A stretch of DNA of 64,000 bases. Source: an uncultured delta proteobacterium. GTDB lineage: Bacteria; Myxococcota_A; Polyangia; Haliangiales; Haliangiaceae. The notes beneath the pieces are model-generated. The model made no database searches, was not told where the DNA came from, and worked only from the letters and a program-made list of their open reading frames with translations. The translations under genes were made by a program, and so were the position numbers. Below, in pieces: positions 31,920 to 41,030 of this stretch. The first letter of the stretch is position 1. Each line of letters starts with the position of its first letter. The stretch lies in the NCBI GenBank assembly GCA_963848295.1, contig CAWKDB010000010.1, positions 1,760,001 through 1,824,000 of the forward strand, given 5' to 3'.

Positions 31920-33143
31920 ATGGATCTCTTCCACGCCAACCCGATGCTCCAGGGCGTGCGCCAGATGCTCGGCGCGTTCGCGAAGCAATCGATCCGCCCG
32001 GTCGCGACCAAGCACGACGCAGAAGAATCGATGCCGTGGGATCTGATGAAGGCCGCGCAGGCTTTCGGCATGACCCAGAGCTCGCTGCTCGACGGCCGCA
32101 AGCAGCTGACCGGGGTCGACGAGGATCCCGATCCGAAGAAGCCGAAGATGCAAGCGCGGCTCGCGGTCGCGGCGAGTGAAGAGCTCGCATGGGGCTGCGC
32201 CGGCATCGCGCTCGCGCTCGGCGGCTCCGGCCTCGCGTGCGCACCGGTCGCGCGCATGGGCAACGACGAGCAGAAAGACGAGTTCCGCAAGCTGCTCAAA
32301 GGCCCCGACGACAAGGGCCACATCAAGGTCGCGGCGATGGCGCTGTCCGAGCCCGGCACCGGCTCCGACATCTCGGGTCTGAAGACCACCGCGCAGCCAG
32401 ACGGCGATCACTGGATCATCCGCGGCAGCAAGCAGTGGATCACGAACGGCCAGTCGGCGTCGGTCTACGTCGTGTGGGCGCAGACCGATCCGTCGGCGGG
32501 TCGCGCCGGCGTGCGCGGCTTCATCGTCGCGCGTGGCACGCCCGGGCTCGTGCCCGGCAAGAAGGAGACGAAGCTCGGCATCCGCGCCTCGGAGACCGCG
32601 CAGGTCCACTTCGAGGACGTCCGCGTCCACAAGGCGATGATGCTCGGCGCGAGCGGCGGTCACGGCGGCGAATCGGCCGGGGGCCTCGCCGACACCAAGA
32701 AGATGCTCGACTCGACCCGCCCGGTCGTCGGCTCGCAAGCGGTCGGCATCGCGCGCGCGGCGTTCGAGTTCCTGCTCGAGCGCGTGCGCGGCGGCTCGCT
32801 GCACGGCACGCCGATGGCGAACCACCAGCACATCATGTTCGAGCTCGCCGACATGGCGATGGAGATCCAGTCCGCGCGCCTGCTCGCGCAGCGCGCCGCG
32901 TGGCTCGCCGATCACCACCAAGACAACGTGATGGACGCGTCGATGGCGAAGGCCCACGGCGCGCGCACCGCGCAAGCGGTCACGACGCGCGCGATGGTCC
33001 TGCTCGGCGAAGAAGCGCTCGAGCCCGGCCATCCCGTCGAGAAGTGGTACCGCGACGCGAAGATCTACGACATCTTCGAAGGCACCGGCCAGATCCAGCG
33101 CCGGATCATCGCGAAGCAGCTGACCGGCCAGAACCCGACGTAG
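31920..33143 (+). CDS. Acyl-CoA dehydrogenase
   Basis: ALSEPGTGSD, GSKQWITNG, KLGIRASET, RDAKIYDIFEGTGQIQR. Confidence 0.93.
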   Translation: MDLFHANPMLQGVRQMLGAFAKQSIRPVATKHDAEESMPWDLMKAAQAFGMTQSSLLDGRKQLTGVDEDPDPKKPKMQARLAVAASEELAWGCAGIALALGGSGLACAPVARMGNDEQKDEFRKLLKGPDDKGHIKVAAMALSEPGTGSDISGLKTTAQPDGDHWIIRGSKQWITNGQSASVYVVWAQTDPSAGRAGVRGFIVARGTPGLVPGKKETKLGIRASETAQVHFEDVRVHKAMMLGASGGHGGESAGGLADTKKMLDSTRPVVGSQAVGIARAAFEFLLERVRGGSLHGTPMANHQHIMFELADMAMEIQSARLLAQRAAWLADHHQDNVMDASMAKAHGARTAQAVTTRAMVLLGEEALEPGHPVEKWYRDAKIYDIFEGTGQIQRRIIAKQLTGQNPT

Positions 33144-33145
33144 GG

Positions 33146-33252
33146 TTCGCGCCACATTCTGGCGCGAATCCAATGATTCGCGCCACTTGATCTGTAAGAT
33201 TCTAGTTTTATTAAGATAATAATGGCGCGATTCGGCTGATTCGCGCCAGAAT
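33146..33252. repeat. AT-rich region with five TCGCGCCA boxes and a 15-bp inverted repeat
   Basis: Boxes near 33147, 33160(rc), 33178, 33223(rc), 33241; ATTCTGGCGCGAATC at 33156-33170 is inverted at 33238-33252. Confidence 0.8.
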
Positions 33253-33257
33253 AGCCC

Positions 33258-34622
33258 GTGGCCCGTCCCGGCGATCCGAACGCGTTCGAGGAGATTCTCG
33301 AGGCACTCCGGCGTCATCCAGCAGGTGCTGCGATGGAACAGCTCGCCGCTCTCACCAAGACTCCTCGTCGGACGCTGCAGCGGAGATTGGCCGAGCTGAT
33401 CGAGAGTGACCGCGTCCGTGCAATCGGGAACCGCAAGGAGCGCCGGTATCAAGTCACAGACGCTGAGCAGAGCAGCTCCGAAGAGCTGTCGGTCTCGCGC
33501 TCGGGACGAGAGGTTCGCGCCTCGGTCCGACGACCGCTGATCGAACGCATCCCGGTCGGCTACGTCACCAGCTTCCTGGAAGGCTATCGCCCGAATCGGG
33601 ACTTCTATCTCGGTGCGTCCATGCGCTCGCGACTACATGACTTGGGTCGTGCGCCCGGCGTCGAGCGTCCTGCAGGCACGTACGCACGGCAGATCCTGAA
33701 CCGGCTGCTGATCGACCTGTCATGGGCTTCGAGCCGGCTCGAAGGCAACACGTACACGCGGCTCGACACGCAGAATCTAATCGAGCTCGGCAGGCGCGCG
33801 CCCGGCAAGGACCAACGCGAAGCCCAGATGATCCTGAACCACAAAGCCGCGATCGAGATGCTCGTGAACAACGTCGAGGAGGTTCGCTTCGATCGCTACA
33901 CGATCTGCAACCTGCACGCGCTGCTCGCCGACAATCTCCTGGCCGATCCATCCGCGGCGGGTCGGATCCGCAAGATCGATGTTGGGATCTCGGGAACGGT
34001 CTATCAGCCGCTGGCGATCCCGCAGCAGCTGGAGCACCTCTTCGACCTGTTGCTCGAAAAGGCGTCGGAGATCTCGGATCCATTCGAGCAGGCGTTCTTC
34101 GCAATGGTCCACCTGCCGTACCTCCAACCATTCGAGGATGTAAACAAACGCGTCTCGCGGCTCGCGGCAAACATCCCGTTCCTGAAGCACAACCTTGCGC
34201 CGCTATCGTTCGTAGACGTGCCGAACCGCGACTACGTCGACGGACTGCTCGGCGTCTACGAGCTCCAGAAGGTGGACCTACTACGCGACGTTTTCTCCTG
34301 GGCGTACGAACGATCGTGCCAACGCTACACGGTCGCCCGCGACGTGGTTCCACAACCCGATCCGATGCGCCTGCGAAACCGCGAACAGCTCGCTGAGGTC
34401 GTGAACACGATCGTCCGAGATGATCTGCCGATCGACGACGCGAGGATCCGAGCCATCGCCGCGACGATCGTGGCTCCGGAAGATCTCGAGGACTTCGTCG
34501 CCATGACGGTCAGCGAGCTGAGCGGCTTGCACGAGGGCAACATCGCGCGTTACCGGTTGCGCCTGAGCGAGCTCCGTCGCTGGCGCGGGAAGCTGTCCCT
34601 TGACGATAAAGCCCATTCGTAG
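33258..34622 (+). CDS. Fic family protein with N-terminal HTH
   Basis: RRTLQRRLAEL, SWASSRLEGNTY, MILNHKAA, LQPFEDVNKRVSRL. Confidence 0.9.
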   Translation: MARPGDPNAFEEILEALRRHPAGAAMEQLAALTKTPRRTLQRRLAELIESDRVRAIGNRKERRYQVTDAEQSSSEELSVSRSGREVRASVRRPLIERIPVGYVTSFLEGYRPNRDFYLGASMRSRLHDLGRAPGVERPAGTYARQILNRLLIDLSWASSRLEGNTYTRLDTQNLIELGRRAPGKDQREAQMILNHKAAIEMLVNNVEEVRFDRYTICNLHALLADNLLADPSAAGRIRKIDVGISGTVYQPLAIPQQLEHLFDLLLEKASEISDPFEQAFFAMVHLPYLQPFEDVNKRVSRLAANIPFLKHNLAPLSFVDVPNRDYVDGLLGVYELQKVDLLRDVFSWAYERSCQRYTVARDVVPQPDPMRLRNREQLAEVVNTIVRDDLPIDDARIRAIAATIVAPEDLEDFVAMTVSELSGLHEGNIARYRLRLSELRRWRGKLSLDDKAHS

Positions 34623-34754
34623 CGGCGCCGCGAGCTAGCAGGCTGTGCGGTCTGGCACGTTGCAGCAGCGTCGCGCCATTGTGGCATTTTGCCGTTCCAC
34701 GCCGAGCATCCTCTTGATAGGGTCCGCCGCAAATCGGAACCCTGAAGAGGCAAC

Positions 34755-36167
34755 ATGACTAAGTTTGGAACGATCGTTCTCGTCCTCGGTATCGCGGCTG
34801 CTGGCTGCAGCAGCGATGACAAGACCACCCCGACCGCCAGCGGCGTGTTCCCGGCGAGCGGCTTCGCGGGACGCACGGTGCGCGTCGAGATCAGCGGCGA
34901 TGCGACCAACTGGACCGACGGCGCGACCGTCGACTTCGGCGCCGGCATCACCGCTTCGAACGTGACGGTCGCGAGCCCGACCGATATCTTCGCAGACATC
35001 GCGATCGATCCGACCGCGACCGCCGGCCTCAACGATGTGACGGTGACCAGCGGTGGCACGTTCACGCTGACACAGGCGTTCGAGATCGACTCGGCGATCG
35101 ACATCGGAACGACGACGCTGAGGCAGGGATCGCTGGCAACGTTGACGATCCAGAACCACGACATCGAGCACCCATTCGACGCGACGTCCTCGGGTACCGA
35201 TCCCAACACCGGCGCTACTATTTATTCGAACATCGCGCTGACGGGTCCGGCCGGCTTGACGTTCATCGTCAATTCCGTCGCCGACAACCAAATCAGCGTC
35301 TTCACCGAGGTCGACCTCGACGCCGCAGCTAGCGGAACGCTGACTCTCGCGAGTGGCCCTGCAGCGGGCACGCCGATCACGTCGGAGATCCCGCTGACGG
35401 TTGCCGCGACGACACCCGTCGCGCTCAGCGGTACTGCCACCGGTATGATCGCGTCTCCGGGCGACCTGACCGCGTACACGATCACCGCGGCGGGCAGCCC
35501 GTCGGAGATCGACTTCGTTACTCCGCCGCCGTCGGACGCCGCCGCGCTTGCTAGCGTGTACGTGCTCGGGCCGTCCGGGCACTGGAGCGACTTTGTGACC
35601 ACGAACTTCGAGTCGTCGTTCTTCGGCGACTTCACGCTCGGCTCGGTGGGCCTGCTCGCCCCGACGGGTGGGACGTACTACGCGATCATGATGGACGCTG
35701 GCACCGAGTCGGGCTACTCGTACACGATCACGGGCCATACCGCGACGTTCACCGACGTCGCTGAGACCGGCGCCGGTGGCGACGCTGGCTCGACGGTCGG
35801 CACCGCTGAAGCGGTTGCAATGCTCCCGGGCCTCGTCACCCCGGCGACGCTCGGCACCAATGACGCTGGTGACTGGTACAAGTTCACGACCGGCACCCAA
35901 GGCATGTACGTCCATGCGGTGACGTTCGGCGACGACGGCACCGACACCGCGATCGAGATCGACGACCTCGCGACGTGCGACGCCAACAACGCAATCTCGT
36001 CTGACCCCAACACCGGCGACCCCGTTGTCGACGACTTCAATAACGAAGACACCGTCGCGGGCCCGCTCTCGAGCACCGGCTTCTGCGTCAAGGTCACACA
36101 GGGATCGGAGTTCTCGTCGGCCAACAACGACTACCAGCTCGCCGTCTGGCTCGAAGCCGCCGAATAA
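34755..36167 (+). CDS. Acidic surface lipoprotein with Ig-like and PPC-like domains
   Basis: Lipobox AAGC, VDFGAGITASNV, DAGDWYKF, DTAIEI; RBS GAGG. Confidence 0.75.
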   Translation: MTKFGTIVLVLGIAAAGCSSDDKTTPTASGVFPASGFAGRTVRVEISGDATNWTDGATVDFGAGITASNVTVASPTDIFADIAIDPTATAGLNDVTVTSGGTFTLTQAFEIDSAIDIGTTTLRQGSLATLTIQNHDIEHPFDATSSGTDPNTGATIYSNIALTGPAGLTFIVNSVADNQISVFTEVDLDAAASGTLTLASGPAAGTPITSEIPLTVAATTPVALSGTATGMIASPGDLTAYTITAAGSPSEIDFVTPPPSDAAALASVYVLGPSGHWSDFVTTNFESSFFGDFTLGSVGLLAPTGGTYYAIMMDAGTESGYSYTITGHTATFTDVAETGAGGDAGSTVGTAEAVAMLPGLVTPATLGTNDAGDWYKFTTGTQGMYVHAVTFGDDGTDTAIEIDDLATCDANNAISSDPNTGDPVVDDFNNEDTVAGPLSSTGFCVKVTQGSEFSSANNDYQLAVWLEAAE

Positions 36168-36189
36168 CGCGTCGTCGCTGACGACTCAA

Positions 36190-36221
36190 CGCCCCGCCCC
36201 ATCGGCGGGGTTTTGTATTTT
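36190..36221 (+). terminator. Rho-independent terminator
   Basis: CCCCGCC-ccatc-GGCGGGG followed by TTTTGTATTTT. Confidence 0.8.
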
Positions 36222-36225
36222 CGGC

Positions 36226-37761
36226 TCAGTCCGGCGGCGCGCACGTCAGGCTCGCGCCCGCGTGATAGAGCGGATCCTGATACGCGATCGTGTTGTCGAT
36301 CGCGGTGGCGCTGGTCAGCGTGACGACGGTCGAGCCGCCGCGCACGAGCTTGAACGTCGGGGTGCCCTCGACCAGCGGGATCGTGAACGACTGGATGCCG
36401 GCGGGCACGTCGAGGGTCTGGGTCGTCGCGCCGACGTCGATCTCGAGCGTGCCGGGCGCGGTCAGAAAGCCTACGACCTCGATGTCGTTCGCCATCGTCG
36501 AGCCGTTGACCGCCGTGAACGGCATCGTCTGCATCGCCGACGGCGGCGCGACCGTCGGGTCCATGCTGTGGGCGCGATGGAAGTAGTACAGCGCATCGCG
36601 CTCGATCGGCGGTTGCGCGCCGGTCTTGAGCCAGGTCGTGTAGTAACCGGACAGATCGTAGAACGCGTCGTTGGTCTGCGACGACGGCGAGATCTCGCTG
36701 TCCTCGGAGTAGTCGTTCCAGGTCACGAGCTGGATCCAATCGGCGCCGCCGGTGATCGCCGCGTCCCACTGCGCGCGAAACGCGGCGGAGTTGTTAGCCT
36801 CGGTGAAGTTGAAGTCCTTCGGCCGGCTGTCTTGCGGCGCGACCGGGCCCATCCATAGCAAGCCCGCCGCGTGGACCTGCGCCGGCACGTCGTGCAGGCC
36901 GGCCGCGCCCGCGACGGTGCGCACGCCCCACGACGACGCGCCGTACAGCGGCACGCCATCGAACGACGCCGCATTCTAGCCGCCGACCGGCATCGGGATC
37001 AGCGCGAGGTCGTAGCCCGCGGTCGATGCGGACTGCAGCACGCCATTCCAGAAAGCGGCGCTGCGCGCATCGGCGGCGAACGCCGACACCACGAGCTTGC
37101 CGTCCGCGGTGCGCAGCAGCGACGGATCGTGACCGACCGCCGCGAGCGTCGTCATGATGCCGGCGCTCGCCGTGTCGTCGGTGCCGCCGCCGCCACCGAA
37201 GGCCGCCGCGGTCATGTCGAACACGAGCTGCACGCGGAAGTCGGGCGCGACGTTCGGGATCGCCGCGAGGATCTTGACGAGCCGCGTCCAGTTCGGCTGG
37301 GTCGTCGTCGTGGTCAGCAGATCGAACGTGAAGCCGTCGAGCCCGATCGCGGACGCGCGCTGGAGCTCGATCGCGAGGTTCGCCGCGTCGTAGTCGACAT
37401 CGGTCGGCCACGGCGTCTGCGGCAGCGGGCGCTCGCGCAAGTAGCCGCCGTACGCGAGGTGCTTGCCGGCTTCGCCGTCGGGCGCGAGGAACTGCGTCGT
37501 GTAGTAGTCGGTCGCGGCGGGCTTGTTGTCGATCGAGATCGGAAACGGCGCGAAGTAGTGCGCGAACACCTTGTGCGGCGAGGCGTGCAACGTCGCGAGC
37601 GACGGCTGATCGTAAGGCCAGCACGGCGTGCTCGAGACCGCGGCATCGATCGCCGTGGCGCTATCGGCACTGCCCGCGGCCGCATCGGGCACCGCATCCA
37701 TCGAGTGCGAGCCGCAGCCGGCCAAGACGAGCGCGGCGGACAGCGCGATTCGCTTCTGCAT
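36226..37761 (-). pseudogene. GH71 alpha-1,3-glucanase family lipoprotein with an in-frame TAG at 36976-36978
   Basis: Lipobox LAGC; KVFAHYF, YGGYLRERPLP, GLDGF, WMGPVAPQD, VTWNDYSE; both halves share one frame. Confidence 0.8.
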
Positions 37762-37822
37762 CACCCGATAATCGCCGCCCCCGCCTGCCTCCGTGCGCCA
37801 ATCGACGTCGCGCCTCGCGCCA

Positions 37823-38434
37823 TCAACCGCCGCGCAAACGGCGGTACATGGCCACGAGGTCCGAGCGCTCGAGCGCGCGATCGAGCTGCTCGAGCAGCGC
37901 GACGATGAGCCTGCTGTCGATGTCTTTGCGCCGCGCGAGGAGCTGGCGAACGTCCTCGACATCCTTCTCGCGCCCCGCGAGCAACTTCGTGACGATGAGG
38001 TTCTCGACCGAGAGGACCGGGATCATGCGATTCGCGCTGCGGTGGAGCTCGACCTCGTCGAGAAACCGCTGTTCCAAGCCGGGACCGGCCAGCACGAGGT
38101 CGACGGGTAGCTTGGTCGCACGATGGACGACGGGAATCACGCGCGCCGCTGCGATGAATTCATCGTCAGAAAACCGCGCGGCGAACCCCGCTCGATCGAG
38201 CTGGCGCACGAATGTCCGCGGCGAGAGTTTCCCGAGCTCGATCGTCAGATCGAGATCCGCGGTCGTGCGCGGGAACCCCTGGAAATTGACCGCTTGCGCG
38301 CCGAACACGTACCAGCGAATTCCCAGCCGCTTCGCGAGATCAGCGAACGCGCGGAGTGCGCTTTCGTACGGGGCGCGGCGCGGTGCGGGCGAGCGCCTCC
38401 GCGACGCGCTTGTGGGTTTCGAAGTCTTCGTCAC
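37823..38434 (-). CDS. DUF6036/AbiEii-like nucleotidyltransferase
   Basis: WYVFGAQAVNFQGFPRTTADLDLT and ENLIVTKLLAGREKDVED; start uncertain. Confidence 0.85.
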   Translation of the reverse strand: MTKTSKPTSASRRRSPAPRRAPYESALRAFADLAKRLGIRWYVFGAQAVNFQGFPRTTADLDLTIELGKLSPRTFVRQLDRAGFAARFSDDEFIAAARVIPVVHRATKLPVDLVLAGPGLEQRFLDEVELHRSANRMIPVLSVENLIVTKLLAGREKDVEDVRQLLARRKDIDSRLIVALLEQLDRALERSDLVAMYRRLRGG

Positions 38435-38738
38435 GGTCTTGCGAAGTTGGCCAACTCGGGTGGCGCGCGCGCATCCACTCGTACAGCTGATCGGTCACCC
38501 GGAGCGCCTCCGCCAGGCCACCACGATCCAGACGCTCGCGCCAGTAGTTACGCTTGCCCTCGCGGAGCCCCGCCCAGTCTCGGCCGACGTACGCCCGGAC
38601 CGATGCGGGATCGATTTCGCGAGCCGCGGAAGTGAGACGAGCGTGGTGGCCACGCCCTGGCCGTCGACGAAACCGCTGATCGTCGAGCTCGGGCATGTCT
38701 GCGAGAGACTCGGGGCTGGGTTCATCGGGGTTCTTCAT
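38340..38738 (-). CDS. Putative antitoxin partner of the nucleotidyltransferase
   Basis: 132 aa, overlaps the NTase start; N-terminus EPSPESLADMPELD, then RDW...RARHPSWP. Confidence 0.6.
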   Translation of the reverse strand: MKNPDEPSPESLADMPELDDQRFRRRPGRGHHARLTSAAREIDPASVRAYVGRDWAGLREGKRNYWRERLDRGGLAEALRVTDQLYEWMRARHPSWPTSQDRDEDFETHKRVAEALARTAPRPVRKRTPRVR

Positions 38739-38856
38739 AACGCCGCCGTGCATGTCGAGTTTACCAGCACTCGGACGGGCCGAGCGCCGCCGCGATTCGG
38801 CCCGGTAGGCATCAATTAGACCCTGGGCCGTCGCTGGGTTACGATTTTCACGCGTC

Positions 38857-40476
38857 ATGGGCGTCGCGCTAGGCATCGATCTGGGGACCACGAACTCGTG
38901 CGCGGCCGTCGCGACCGCGACCGGCGTCGAGTTCATCCTCGGCCCCAAGGGCGAGCGCGTGCATCCGTCGGTCGTCGCGTTCCCGAACGCGGGCGACGTC
39001 GTGGTCGGCGCCGACGCGAAGCGCTACCGCCTGACCGAGCCGATGAACGTCATCCACTCGGCGAAGCGGTTCATCGGCCAGAACATCCGCGCGCCGCTGG
39101 TCCAGCTCGCGATGACCGGCGTCCGCTACAAGATCGCCGAGGGTCCGAACCAGGCGCCGATCGCGCTGGTCCGCGACCGCCGGTTGACGATGCCCGAGGT
39201 GTCGTCGCACGTGCTGATCAACTTGCGCCGCAACGCCGAGCGCCAGCTCGGCCAGCCGGTGCCGGACGCGGTGATCACCGTGCCCGCGAACTTCACCGAC
39301 GCGCAACGCACCGCGACCAAAGAAGCGGGCCGGCTCGCCGGCTTGAACGTCACGCGGTTGATCAACGAGCCGACGGCCGCCGCGGTCGCGTACGGCTTCG
39401 GCAAGGAGCGCGATCAGCTGATCTGCGTGTTCGACTTCGGCGGCGGCACGTTCGACGCGAGCATCCTGAAGCTCAAGGGCGAGGTGTTCGAGGTGCTCGC
39501 CTCGGACGGCGACTTCTTCCTCGGCGGCGATGACCTCGATCGCGCGCTCGCCGAGGTGCTCGCCGCGGAGTGCAACCGCACGCTCAACTTCGATCCGCGC
39601 CAGAACCCGGTGCTGATGATGAAGCTGACGATGGCGGCCGAGGCGATCAAGTGCCATCTATCGGAGGCCGGCGCCGCCGAGGGCGAGATCGATGGCATCG
39701 ACTTGCCGAACGGCCAGGTCTCGTCGCTGCCGTTCTCGCTGACCCGCGAGCAGTTCGAAGAGCTGGTCGGCGGCATCGTCCAGCGCACGATCGACGTCAC
39801 GCGCCAGGTGATCGCGCAGTCGCGGCTGTCGACGTCGGCGATCAGCGAGATCTTGTGCGTCGGCGGATCGACGCGCATCCCGCTGGTCCGGCAACGGCTC
39901 GCCGAGCTGTTCGGCAAGCCGCCGAACGTCAGCATCAACCCGGACGAGGTCGTCGCGCAGGGCGCCGCGATCCAGGCCGGCAGCTTGTCGGGCTCGCTGT
40001 CGGCCGGCACCGGGATGGGCGTGCAAGACGCGGTGCCGACCGCCGCGCTGTCGCCGCTGGTCCATCGCAACGCGCAGCAGATCACCGCGGTCAAGCGCCC
40101 GGTGCTGCTCGACGTCAACCCGGCGACGCTGTCGATCCAGACCGCGGGCGGCTTCGCCGACCGCCTGCTCGAGAAGAACTCGCCGATCCCGATCGAGCGG
40201 TCGCGCGTGTTCACGACCGCGCGCGATGGCCAGACCCGGGTCGAGATCGATTGCTGCCGGGGCGAGTCGCGGCGCTACGCGGAGAACGAGCCGCTCGGCA
40301 AGCTCGTGCTCGACAACCTGCCGGCGAAGCCGCGCGGCGATCTGAAGATCGAGGTGTCGTTCCGCGTCGATCCCGACGGGATCTTGCACGTCAGCGCGGC
40401 CGACGCCGAATCGGGCGCGCGCCAAGAGGCACATCTGGTGATGTTGGGCGCTCCCGTGGAGGCCGAGGCGTCGTGA
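38857..40476 (+). CDS. Hsp70 (DnaK-like) chaperone lacking the helical lid
   Basis: GIDLGTTNS, VITVPANF, INEPTAAA, FDFGGGTFD, VGGSTRIP. Confidence 0.93.
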   Translation: MGVALGIDLGTTNSCAAVATATGVEFILGPKGERVHPSVVAFPNAGDVVVGADAKRYRLTEPMNVIHSAKRFIGQNIRAPLVQLAMTGVRYKIAEGPNQAPIALVRDRRLTMPEVSSHVLINLRRNAERQLGQPVPDAVITVPANFTDAQRTATKEAGRLAGLNVTRLINEPTAAAVAYGFGKERDQLICVFDFGGGTFDASILKLKGEVFEVLASDGDFFLGGDDLDRALAEVLAAECNRTLNFDPRQNPVLMMKLTMAAEAIKCHLSEAGAAEGEIDGIDLPNGQVSSLPFSLTREQFEELVGGIVQRTIDVTRQVIAQSRLSTSAISEILCVGGSTRIPLVRQRLAELFGKPPNVSINPDEVVAQGAAIQAGSLSGSLSAGTGMGVQDAVPTAALSPLVHRNAQQITAVKRPVLLDVNPATLSIQTAGGFADRLLEKNSPIPIERSRVFTTARDGQTRVEIDCCRGESRRYAENEPLGKLVLDNLPAKPRGDLKIEVSFRVDPDGILHVSAADAESGARQEAHLVMLGAPVEAEAS

Positions 40477-40958
40477 GCACGCGGTCGGATGTGTTGATGT
40501 GGGCGCAACGCGTCGTCGGCCGCAAGCACCCGCAGCCGCACGAGCTGCTCGGCATCCCGGCCGGCTCGGGGCTGGACGCCGCGCAAGCCGCGTTTCACAA
40601 GATCGCGCAGCAGGCGCACCCGGATCTGCATCGCACCGGGCTGTCCGAAGACGAGCTCGAGTTGGTGACGACCGCGTACGCGATCGTCGCCGGTGCATAT
40701 CAAGAGTTCCGCACGAAGTCCGGCGCCGACCGCGACGTGCCGGTCACGCCGTCGGGCGCTGCGCCGATCGCGAACGCCGCGCAATCGATGTCGAGCAAGG
40801 CACTGGTCTACTACCGCAAGGCCGAGTCGTCGCTCCGCCGCGGCGATCTGAAGGGCGCGCTGCTCCAGCTCAAGATGGCGATCGCGGCGGACCCACACAG
40901 CCCGTTCCTGCGCACCGCGATCGCGGAAGTTGAATCCGAAGTACGCAAGATTCCTTGA
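40473..40958 (+). CDS. J-domain plus TPR protein
   Basis: HELLGI...AHPD...AY; C-terminal TPR-like helix pair; GTGA overlap. Confidence 0.8.
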   Translation: MSTRSDVLMWAQRVVGRKHPQPHELLGIPAGSGLDAAQAAFHKIAQQAHPDLHRTGLSEDELELVTTAYAIVAGAYQEFRTKSGADRDVPVTPSGAAPIANAAQSMSSKALVYYRKAESSLRRGDLKGALLQLKMAIAADPHSPFLRTAIAEVESEVRKIP

Positions 40959-41030
40959 GCTCCGGTCCGACCGAGATCTCGACGCAAATTCGCTATGCGA
41001 TCCAAGTGACGCGTGTAAGGTACGCGGCAA

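Noticed and set aside
34652..34670. Sigma-54 promoter at TGGCACGTTGCAGC
   Set aside because: GG-to-GC spacing is not 10
36976..36978. Pyrrolysine or amber recoding
   Set aside because: No pyl genes or suppressor tRNA in the window, and TAG is a normal stop in many genes here
29894..38800. tRNA-Met-anchored genomic island with attR
   Set aside because: No duplicate of the tRNA 3' end found and no integrase
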